NCBI GenBank assembly: GCA_030704615.1
Contig: CM060734.1
Span: 3,348,001 to 3,412,000, forward strand
Source: Takakia lepidozioides
Taxonomy: Eukaryota > Plantae > Bryophyta
Length of the DNA stretch: 64,000 bases
Direction of reading: 5' to 3'
Part shown: positions 47,801 through 58,987 of the stretch, piece after piece
Position numbering within the stretch: the first letter of the stretch is position 1
Layout of the letters: each line of letters starts with the position of its first letter
Notes under the pieces: model-generated
Databases searched by the model: none
Told to the model about the DNA's origin: nothing
What the model saw: only the letters and a program-made list of their open reading frames with translations
Translations under genes and position numbers: made by a program

Positions 47801-50333
47801 CGGCGCCGAATTTCTAGTTCCGGGCCAGCACCCTAGGGACTTAGCCCGAAAATGCTAAGTCCCTGGACGGCAATAGGGCCTAGAACTGGAGGAAAAACGG
47901 CGCCGAATTTTACGTTCCGGGCCGAGCCACACTAGGGACTTAGCCCGAAAAATGGCTAAGTCCCGACGGACGGCAATAGGGCCTCGAACTGGAAAACGGC
48001 GCCCAAATTTCCAGTCCTGGCCAGCCACGTAGGGACTTAGGACCGAAAATGGCTAAGTCCCTAGCGGCAATAGGGCCTGGAACTGGAATATGGCGCCGAA
48101 TTTCCACTTCAGGGCCAGCAGTCTAGGGACTTAGACCGAAAATGGCTAAGTCCCTGAACGGCAATACGGCCTGGAACTGGAAAAGGGCGCCGAATTTCCA
48201 GTCACGGGCCAGCCAGTCTGGATTAGCCGAAAAATGGCTAAGTCCCTGGACGGCAATAGGGCCTAGAACTGGAAAAACGGCGCCGAATTTCCAGTTGCGG
48301 GCCAGCCACTAGGACTTCTAGGCCGAAAATGGCTCAGTCCCTGAACGGCATAGGGCCTAAAACTGGAATATGGCGCCGAATTTCCACTTCCGGGCCAGCC
48401 AGCTAGGGACTTAGGCCGAAAATGGTTGTTTTCCCCTGGAACAGGCAATCGGGGCCTGGACCTGGAAGATGGCGCCGAATTTCCAGTTCCGGGCCAGCCA
48501 GTTCTGGGTTAGCCTTTCGGCGCCCTGACTGGAAATTCGGGCGCCATTTTTCCCTAAACCACTTGAGGCCCTCTAACATCCTGAAATGCCAGGACTTGAA
48601 AGAAAGGCAGCGCGTATGTACCTGTACAGAGGCGCATTGCTGCTTTGTCCGCGTTCGGCTGGTCGGAAAACTCGGGCTCCGGCGAGATCTGCTATCTCCC
48701 GAAAGAATAGGTTGTTTTGTAGAGCAGAAAGTACCCTCGTACATATAGTCGTAGGCTCTCTGCTGCAGGCGAATACCATATTCGCACATGGATGTGCTTG
48801 TGTGTCCAGGCTCTTGCGCATGCGTCGTCACCTGTGGAGATTGTCCATCAGATCAGATTTCCTCAAAAAATAAAATGAATCCACCCCTACTAGAGTAGAG
48901 CCCAAACGAAGCGTGGGGAAGTACCTGAAACACCATGTCATGCGGTTTCATGTCGAATGTGGGGTCAGAGAGTTTGTCCGGTTTGGGGAAGCTCCACATG
49001 TCCCTGGTACTTTGGGAACCATTCCAGATTTGGAGCCACCGGGTCTGTCCAACCCCCAGCCAGCATATCGTAAGCGCCAAACACCACAAAAAGGAGTTGT
49101 TGCCACCACAATTTTGTTAAGAATGTATCACTTTTTGTGTTGCATCCACACAGGATGTGGCTAGACGATGGAGCTTCTCCAATGTCATCGTGGGCTTCAG
49201 AGCGCGAGAGTAGTGCTTCCCCACCTCCACCAGAAAGTCGGCACCAAGGGCGGGATCAGCTATGGCCACGTACTTTACCATCCGCGACTTGTACTTTATG
49301 CGGGCCCTCACCTCCGCAGCTTTGACATACGATTCGAGTTCCGGGAGGGTTTGGATTCTTCTCCTCTGACTCCATGTAGAACCTCCGCGCATGTGCCAAA
49401 TCCTGCTGTATTTTCGTCTGTCAGAATGCGCACATAAGATTAGAGATCCTGCTCAACACAATTTCTTCTATTGGGGGAGGGAGACAGATTAGCTCAACAA
49501 AACTGTCAGGAGCTTTACCTGAAATATGTAGTCCACCATGGGCGTCGATGCTCAGCCTATACCAGGTCTGTCTGCCTTTGCCTCCGACTTGCGCAGGGAG
49601 GTCGGCACTGAGGGAATTGCAAACTCCTTGCACCCCCTGCTTCCCGACATCCTTCACTCGGAAGAGCATATGGGACAAGTTGGTGCAATGAAGGCATTCT
49701 CGGTCACCCTGCAGTGCCACATTTCCATCAAACAATACTGAAATGGGATTTTCATCATATATGAGGATTCGCAATGAAATGACTTCCAATTCAAAGTCCA
49801 AAAGCGAGAGGGGTTGTAGCTTACGAGTTGATGTCGGCCATTGCAGCTTTGAGAAGACTGCGATCTTTGGGCCCCGCAACCTTCAGCAAAACACAATCAC
49901 GGCGAAATGCCAATTGAGATCGTTGGGGTGGGCTTGGGCAATGTGCTCCCATCCATGCCAGGAGGCGATGATTGCCGTCCCACACGTAGAACATCTTACC
50001 CGGACATGTGCTGGAAAAGAGGATCACTAGCAATCGATCTCTCGAACTCCTCATTTCGCGTTTGCCAATGGGGACCCCCCATTTGTTCACCCTATCGAAG
50101 TGTGGGCACGGGAAGCTCCGTGGTCGTTCTCAATGGAAACGTAAAAGGCGGCAGACCCCATTCGATATCCATTCCCCCGGAAAGAGAATTTCAGCTTGTC
50201 GATATCGCCTGGGAGGGCAGGTCCTCACCACCTTGCAATTACACCAGTGGCAAAGGGGAATTCGAAGCTTGGCCGGGTACACCATGCCCCCTCACCCTGC
50301 CAATGTTGTGTGGGTTGCCTCCAACATCTTGCA
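44832..50333 (-). mobile_element. MULE family B copy (TIR and ParB-MTase cargo gene), indel-rich, running into the assembly gap
   Basis: Starts ggggggctgctatttcatgag. It is the reverse complement of 26090-28685 over 44832-47460, contains KPWRYSRTRSPAFIQTLME and the ParB motif GKMFYVWDGNHRLLAW at ~49950-50000, and has an intronic repeat array at 47470-48550. Confidence 0.85.
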
Positions 50334-50833
50334 NNNNNNNNNNNNNNNNNNNNNNNNNNNNNNNNNNNNNNNNNNNNNNNNNNNNNNNNNNNNNNNNNNN
50401 NNNNNNNNNNNNNNNNNNNNNNNNNNNNNNNNNNNNNNNNNNNNNNNNNNNNNNNNNNNNNNNNNNNNNNNNNNNNNNNNNNNNNNNNNNNNNNNNNNNN
50501 NNNNNNNNNNNNNNNNNNNNNNNNNNNNNNNNNNNNNNNNNNNNNNNNNNNNNNNNNNNNNNNNNNNNNNNNNNNNNNNNNNNNNNNNNNNNNNNNNNNN
50601 NNNNNNNNNNNNNNNNNNNNNNNNNNNNNNNNNNNNNNNNNNNNNNNNNNNNNNNNNNNNNNNNNNNNNNNNNNNNNNNNNNNNNNNNNNNNNNNNNNNN
50701 NNNNNNNNNNNNNNNNNNNNNNNNNNNNNNNNNNNNNNNNNNNNNNNNNNNNNNNNNNNNNNNNNNNNNNNNNNNNNNNNNNNNNNNNNNNNNNNNNNNN
50801 NNNNNNNNNNNNNNNNNNNNNNNNNNNNNNNNN
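50334..50833. other. Assembly gap (500 N)
   Basis: Run of N. Confidence 1.
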
Positions 50834-52849
50834 TTAGCATTGCGAGGATCTCATGCAGTACTCTATACTACACTTCCAAAGAACCGTGATTGGTTAACGT
50901 GCTTAGCATGTGTGAGTGCAATCGGCACTCATATTCCAAACTGAACTATATTTTCAAAGGAGAATGTTTCATGGAAGACTATGTGCATTTTGTGAGTTGA
51001 ATGTAGGCATGACGACGCGAAAAAAACATGGATGACGGTTGCATTTTTCTCTCGGCGGTTGCACATTTCAAACGATTTGTTCCAAGAGGTGTAAGTCTTG
51101 ATAATCGCGGCCGTCTTTTGTTCCTTGACGGTCATGGGTCAGTCTAGATGCAATCACAGAAGCTGTTGCTATGGGTCTTGATCTTATTGCAAGTGATACC
51201 CCCGCATACCTCTCATGCATTGCAACCATTACACGTTGCTTGTTACCAATCTTTGGTTCACGAATAAGTACTATGGCAACCTGCATACACTCCGCTGTCC
51301 AAAGACCCGTAGCTGATGTGTTCTTGGTTGCAACACGTTTTCTACAAGCTTTCCCTGTCTGTGCACAATTGCCCGTATTGATAGGTTCTTCACCAATTCT
51401 TTGTACTCCTGCTCTAGGCCCAATACTCTCATAGTACTACGAGCTGCGTATGGAATTGTTATGCCTAGTGTAGTGGTGTCTACGATTATTCTTTTACTGC
51501 AAGTATTAGAAGCCATGCTCAAATTATTCGACTAGAATTTGTTATGTCACAGATTCCAAACTCAAAAGTCCAGACTCAAAGTAGGTGGGAGGATGGGTAT
51601 TTCTCACCTCACTTGGGAGTAAGTCTCAAGCTTAAGGAAAAGAACAATGGGTAGCCTAAAGCCTTAGGCTCAACCTATGCAGAAGTAGACACAATAGTAA
51701 AAAACAGGACTAGAGTCGAATGATCAAGAAGACATTTCTTGTATCTTCTTAAGCACATACTAGATGTACCAAGAAGAAAACCACCACAAATCAGCCAATG
51801 AGGGGTGATTTTGGGAGGGAGGTCTTCTACACACTCTAATACCTTCAAAAGGCAGCCAACAAAGAAGAATACTAGGAAACAAAACAAAAAGGAAAAAACT
51901 TAGCCTTCATGTTGTCTCTTCCGCAAGTTCCATGTAAAAGAAACAAGCCTAAAAGTAAGGGCTGGAACCTCACTTGGTCCCATCACAAGCACCCACACAA
52001 CCAACAGGTTAGTCACTATTGTGGAATACCAGGCTTTCTAAGCCCAACCCACTTGTTATCGATGTCCACTCTTAAGACAGTTCATCTATAGGTTTAGAAG
52101 AGAATGTGATAGCCATTTAATGAGAGAAATTAGGAAGCTAACACTGAGCTTCCCACACATATAAACAGTCATAACCTTCAAACTATGTTCTTGAAAAGAT
52201 GAAAGAAATTGTTGAGGCAATGCATTTCACCACAAACTAAACTGGAAAATAGAGGGGAACCTTGAAGTGTGTCATGATGTCAGAAGAACAACCTCCTTAC
52301 TTGCAGCACAGTCACCAGGCTAGAACCAGAGGAACATGGCTGAGACTGAAGCCATCTTCAGTCTAGAGGGAAGGAGTAGCATATCCCTCTTGTTTGACAT
52401 GTAGGTGTCACTTAGGAAGGGCCAAGTGGGTAGGCACATATAATTGCAAAAGTGGGGCAGCCACTTTGCCATTATGATGAGATTAGCATCACCTAGTGGA
52501 GGAGCTGCCAACTCGATGGACAGTTATAAAGAGTCGTCTATGGTGTTTGAGGCTAACCTTTAGAATGTCACCTGTTTGGAAATACCTCATTGCACAAACG
52601 GGGTAGTTAGACAATGAGGACATCATAAATGGTCACCTGAATGAAAGGGTTTCATTCAGGTTGTCAACGTATTTGCAATCCTTATTTTCAAAGAGATAAA
52701 GCAGATACATTGTTCTTTTCTTAAAGAAAAACAAACTAGGACAGCTCACCAAGGATATACTTTGTGAATGTCCTTGCATAGCAACACATCAAAATATAAA
52801 CAGAAAAGAGCTCTTCAAGGTTTGAAGAGCTCTCAACTGAAACCCTAAA

Positions 52850-52866
52850 CAACAAAGAGGGAGAGA

Positions 52867-52898
<32 letters not shown>

Positions 52899-52947
52899 GG
52901 AAAGACTCCGGCCGAAGCTGGCGTAACTAAGAGGCACTTTGCCTCAC
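52850..52947 (-). mobile_element. Inverted copy of the 1761-1822 terminal motif next to a (GA)n tract
   Basis: gactccggccgaagctggcgtaactaagaggcactttgcctcac. Confidence 0.45.
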
Positions 52948-55900
52948 GACTATTGCCCCCTTTATGTCACATAGATCATGTCTATTCTAGTATTAAGAAT
53001 CCTTCATCTGAAACCTCAATGTACTGGAGCCACATAGTACATTCACTCCCATGCAGCTCTAGAGGATCTTGCAATTCTGATCTCGCTAAGGTTCATGTAT
53101 GCGACTCATCAGCAAGCTAGACCTGTGTGGTAACAAACATCGCCCATGAATGAGGAATAAAACCAGACATGCAAATTGTGGATATAGGAGAGGTGAATCG
53201 GGCAGAATCATTCAGTCCAGTTCGCTCGAATTTAAGTTCGCACCCAATTTCGACTCGAGAAGTTGGAACTGACTGGAATCATGACTTCATAATGCACATG
53301 TGTACGCTGCAATGTTGGCCAGCAACATGTGAGGTGCCTTGAATATGTAAGTGCAAGAGCATAACGCAATTGTAGGGTCCTCGCAGGAGAGTGTAGCTTA
53401 ACTGATCCACTAGCAGCAGAAGCTCAAATCTCCCCACACAAGACCGGATCTACAGGAATATAGTCCTCGTCGTTCACTTTTTTGCTAGTGAACAGTGCAA
53501 AGCAACAACACTGGAGTACTTCAACGAACTACATAATTGTGTGCACCGTCACCTGAAAACTAAGATGTAAACATACAGGTCTGGAGAAATCATTTACCAT
53601 GTGGGCAACATTTGGTCTAGGTATAATGAATACCAAAATCTTCGGTTGGGGATTGTGATCCATGTACATTTGTAATAGCCAATGAAAGATTATGGAGGCA
53701 TTGATATGTCACAGGGTCTCTGAAATTTCTTGAGTGAGCATACGTGGATCAAGCGTATCCATAGGGCCTACTCCGCGTAAGAAGCTGGTCATGTTTGCAT
53801 AAGAAATGGTTTTGAGGTGCGGGGTCTTTGGTTGCACGATTCAATAACATGCAGGTAGTTGGGCTCTCTACCCTAGTGGTGACAGTAGTGTTGACTGCTA
53901 CCACAAATATGACAAGTTATTGGCGTCTCAACAGAGGGCTAGATCTCAAAGCCCTGGGGTGCTGGCTGGCCCCCTGCATTCCGCAGTGGCATGTGCAGAC
54001 AACTCTCCACTGTTCTGCCAAATACAAGTTGGTTCACATTCACACTGCCTTCGAGTGCCTAAATGAGACTCAACATTGTCTTCTCAAAGCCAGCTTTTGA
54101 CTTTCATGTGGAGCTAGAGCTCCCCTACAACAAAATGCTCTAAGTAATTGCAGCCGTAAATGTAAGCATTTGGGAAAGTGAGAAGGATATCGAAGCTAAA
54201 AAAATTCTTCAAATTGGGCGGCTGCATTCCCCCATAATCAAAGACTGGAATGCCATACGATTATTATACAACTTGTAGCACCGGCCCCACTTTACAAGCT
54301 CCGGAGCCGGTTGCTGCCCGGTCCCAGTATCTATGTGGCTTGATTTTATGAGCAGAAATTTTGAACTAGTTCCACTAGCGGACATAGATCTGTGTATAAT
54401 ATTATAATAAACTATTAAATATTTGTGTTGTACAGAGGGTTTTAGCTAATATACTCATAGACCATGTCATGGACCCTATTAACGTAGCAATACCTATGTT
54501 TGCCTATGATTTGTATTTTCATTTACAAACATATTATCCTTATAAGTGTGGATCGTGCTTATGCTTGTATTTTTTCCTGCACATGCCTTTTCTGCTCATG
54601 TTGTGCTCATTGGATACCAACCCCCCTTCTGAAGACTTCGAGTTGAAAGGGTAATTGTGTATTCTCGTTGTGGACCACATCACACACCGCTCTCCTCGTC
54701 TCTCGGAACAACCAAGAACTACATTATAATGTACAATTTCAGTCACCAAGTAAGCCTTTGTTTCACATTCGACCGGATTTCATATCAGTTGAGGATCAGT
54801 TTGCAACGTGCACTGGCACTCCCCTATAAACTGAAACAAATTAATGGACATCTTCAGTCATCAAGTAAGATCCTCTTCCCTTATCATGCACAGGTCCGTG
54901 CACCCCATGCACAACAACAATTGCTATGTATCCACAACGTGGTCATATTTGAACATGACACTTTTACATCAACACTAATTGGAAGTCAACACCATGTTTT
55001 CACCACACTGTAATTACCATAAAATGTGGGATAAGCAACATGTGTACAGAAAGATCATTCTTCTACCACGTCAACATGCTAAGGAAATGTTTGGCCCTCC
55101 GCTGGAATGTCTTTTTTCCCGCTTCCTATCATGTACTACATTCAGAATGACTTGACTCGAACTGACACAATATCATGAAATTAAAATTCATCTGTGAATA
55201 AGCTATAAGCATAACATGCCACAATATAAAACCATATTGACACACTTTGCTTAAGCCAAGCGGTACAATTCACATGGGTGGAAGGTCAAACTGTGTCAAG
55301 CTGCAACATAGTAAGATTGAGAGCAAGGCCAAGCCTCACATGGACTCAGTGTCCTCCCTAAATACACAAACACAGCTAGTCCCTTTTCTGTGCCATATTG
55401 ACTGCCTACGACCACGGCCAGTGGTACTAAAGAACCCTCATGACATAGTTCACTAAGACAAGGTCATCTTCTCTGGTACATAGACATCAAAGAATTCCTG
55501 GAGAGGATGCTAGGCAATGATGAAATGCCTCTTTTCTGACCTACACTTCCTCTCACAAAAAAATAGGGGCATGTGGTGGGCCCCCAAAGTCCTTCACCAA
55601 CCGCAATCCTTACAATCTTGGAAGGGCCTCATCAGCTGCCCTTCCCCTACAATATGATAGGATTGATTCTGCAGAAGAGAGGCTATAATTACTGCTACCA
55701 GTTCTGAGCAAATTTGGAATGTAGGGATTTATTTATTTATTTTTTAATCCTGATTTTTTTTTTTTTTTGTATTTCTTTCCATAGAAGTGTTTATTGAGGA
55801 AGTAAAGTAAAATAAAGTAAAGTTTGTTTAACGTCGAGTGAATTTACGGAACCTGCTGCTCAACACACATCCCATCGAGGGGCCAATGGACAGTTGAAGG

Positions 55901-56719
55901 CACATGTTGAAGGATTGAACCAAGGATCACCCAGGTTATGCACAGGCAAGGCACAAATACCCAACCACTGGGCTATCTGCTCAAGCAGAGGTTGCTACTG
56001 ATGAAATAACAATCCCCATTTTCATCAAACCACCTGACGCTATTGAGCTGGCTTCATCTGCACCTTCTTCATTCATCACCACCATCTTCTAAAGCATCAA
56101 CCCTCTATATAGATGGATTGCACTAATCCACCGCCGCATTTATGAACTAAACCATAAATCACGGGTCTTCAATAGCGGAGGGCGGCAGCGCCCGCCACCC
56201 TTTGCTTTATTATTCACATGCCTGCATCCATCCCCACGCCTTCTCTGCTCTCATCCCCAAATTATTTTTGCTAATCCCAAAAATTATTATTATTTCCCCC
56301 ATTTTATTGTTGGATTGCTGGGTCCAGTCGTGCAGTCCGTTCAATGGTAATTTTAAAATACCCATATTTAATCTATACATATAATAATCAATATTTTTTT
56401 TGTTTTTTGTTTTGTTTTTGGGGGGGAAATGGGACAAACCCCAGTAAAACAATAAATATTGTAGTGGAAATAATAAAAGACGCCTCCAAGATGAAATCTT
56501 GTGAACGTACTTGACAGTTCATTGAATTAATTATTACTTATTATTATTTTGTAATCTTTTATTTAGTACGTTCAATTAACCGAATGATGTAAATATTTCT
56601 TCTTGTTGCTCATCTTTTGCGACTTTGCATATGTGATTTGGACATACTTAAGCACATGTGGACCAAAGATGAGCTTGAACCAAGTTCATTCAATGGGTCA
56701 TTCAAATGATGAACATAGC

Positions 56720-57044
56720 TACGTGTCGTAGAGACAGAAAACAGCGTTTCATCTGCACATGATTTTCTTTTTTATTCCATTCTCAAGCCATATGCTGAAT
56801 GACAGCATGCGCAATGTGCATGCAAAATTTTGCAGTAAACAGATGTCATCTGGACCCAAAACCATATTTTTTTTTCCCTCATTTGCACTCCAAGGTTGAT
56901 TTCTCTTCAACTTCATGCACTCTTCATAGAGAGTTTTGCAATAGTGAGCGAAAAAAACACTTTTTTTTGGTCCAATCTTTTGCATGGATGTAGTGGTGTG
57001 GGGGTTGAATTCATTGAACAAAATAGAGCCAAAATGTTGTTGTT

Positions 57045-57085
<41 letters not shown>

Positions 57086-57620
57086 TGGGAATCTTTGCAC
57101 AGGTGTTGCACACATATTCAAGCACATGCAGGCAAAAGATGAGTTGGAACCACATCCGTTCAATGGGTGCAGTAGCCGTTCACCCATGAGAGGATTTTTT
57201 TTTTCACGATGAACAAAATTGGACAATAGGGTGAACGCGTCCTTGGGGGGGGGGGGAAATGATTTTGTTTTGTTTCGAAACTTTGCCTACGTATTGCGCA
57301 CATATTGCAACACCTGCGGGCCAAGGATGAGCTGAATCAAAATTGAATGAAAGGTCGAACCAACAATTGCCCATCGAAATGATTTTAGCTTCTTTTCAAA
57401 GGTCGTGGGTATATTTTACACACCAAACGAATGATTTTAGTTTGTTCTCAGACTTTGTCAGTACGTTCTCCATACCATCAAATATGTGTTGAACAAGTAT
57501 TAGATTAATCAAATTGATTGAAAGGTGGAACCCACAATTACCCATCGAATTGACTTTAACTTCTTTCCAAAGGTCCTAGGTATGTTTTACATACCAAACC
57601 ACTGATTTTAGGTTGCTCTC
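56720..57620 (-). repeat. Diverged inverted copy of the 1-kb repeat family seen at 1-1764
   Basis: ttcatgcactcttcatagagagttttgcaatagtgagcgaaaaaa (56912-56957) matches the reverse complement of ~883-928; subrepeats ttgcccatcgaaatgatttt are also present. Confidence 0.7.
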
Positions 57621-57689
57621 AAATTTCGTCCATCAGAAGTCTTCCATTGAACTAACAATGTACCATTTTAATCTGTCACTGTGATCAGT

Positions 57690-58200
57690 CATGTTTGGGG
57701 TTTGGTACAGATCACAAATGCATGTGGGTTTGCAGCGTTGGGGATCAACAGCTTCTCTATATACACAGTTGCATTTTCACTTCTCAGTGCTACGACAACT
57801 CTACCCAGATGGCATCAAGGTGTTATCCCTATTTTTGCGGGATTTGGGGGTGGGGGAGATAGCCCTCCACAAATGTGGCGTAAAGCTCAAGGTGGTGGTT
57901 TCTATTGCGATCATTGAAGATACCCGCCGTTGCATTCAGGCTTGGTGGGAAGCAAACAAGTAGGCTGGTGTTCTTGACCAGAGCTATCATGACGTAACCT
58001 CCCTAAGACGGAGAGATTTATTCAAACTTGTTAGGAAGTATAATGGGTTCGATTTGATTGTTGGGGGCAGTCCTTGTAATAATCTCTCCGAAAAGAACCA
58101 CATCACCCACACTGGGTTGGAGGGAAAGCACTCCAGTGTTTTTTTCGAGTTCTCACGGGTTGTCTCAACCGTCTGTCATATCATGGCTGCTGTTATTTAG
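57690..58200 (+). pseudogene. DRM2: C-terminal fragment of a DRM (domains-rearranged) cytosine-5 DNA methyltransferase, with frameshift and stop
   Basis: NSFSIYTVAFHFSVLRQLYPDGIKVLSLF(AG)..GEIALHKCGVKLKVVVSI..IQAWW..*..FDLIVGGSPCNNLS..GLEGKHSSVFFEFSRVV matches the DRM C-terminal signature. The symbol denotes the family, not orthology. Confidence 0.88.
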
Positions 58201-58504
58201 AATCCTATTTCTCATCTTCGTATGTGTTTGAAAATCTTCAGGCTATTGGGCTATCCACAGTCAAATTCAATCAATTCGAAGCTTGGCTGGTTTTGAGGAG
58301 ATAATGCAAGAAATTAATGCAGTTGTGCGATCTCTGACAGCTCTGTACGCTACTTTCTGGTATATTAGTTGGTGTGCATGTATATTTATGTCAATTGGCC
58401 ACATCAATTCAACAATTTGCAACTAATATTTTTACTATGTCACATCAAATTTGAGCTGTTACAATTATGTGTGAATGGGCCATAAGATCTTTTGCACTCA
58501 TCTT

Positions 58505-58987
58505 TACGACCTCACACGCGTCGCTTTATAAAAGGACGTTTTTCCCCAAGACTGCATCAGCGATGCCCAGGGCGTCGCAAAAAGGGACTTGGCCAAATTG
58601 GTATTCCCCTGCTTTTCCCTCGGTCGTAAAACGCCACAGGCGAAGCATAAGAGGGGACCGACGTCCCCGACGCCGGTCTCTATAGCGACAGCCGAAGAGT
58701 CGCTTTATAAAAGCGACGCCTTCGCCCCCAAGACTGAATAAGCGACGCCCACGGCGTCGTAGGCAGGGACTTGGCAAAACTGGCAGTCCCGGGGTCGCAC
58801 TGTGACGCTTGAGGCGTCGTCCCCATAGCGACGGCAGAAGCGATGCATCTGCCCCCCAAGACTGAACAACCGATGCCCAGGGCGTCGTAGGTAGGGACTT
58901 GGCCAAATTGGCAATCCCTGGACCGCCTTACGACGCCTGCAGCGTCGCTCGGATGTTGGCGTCGCAGAAACGGGTGCGGCGGCGGGC
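58505..58987. repeat. ~160-170 bp tandem repeats rich in GCGACG/CGTCGC (transposon subterminal-like)
   Basis: ccccaagactg..cgatgcccagggcgtcg..gggacttggccaaattgg at ~58544, 58726 and 58855. Confidence 0.6.

Noticed and set aside
44832-50333. Dense frameshifts as evidence of ancient decay
   Set aside because: The many 1-bp indels next to a contig end may be uncorrected long-read errors, so the true coding status of this copy cannot be judged.
49907-50944. ORFs of 182-345 aa
   Set aside because: They are artifacts of reading through the 500-N gap.
50840-54400. Possible decayed coding sequence on the minus strand
   Set aside because: It has many stops and no motif I can recognise, so it is left unannotated pending a translated search.
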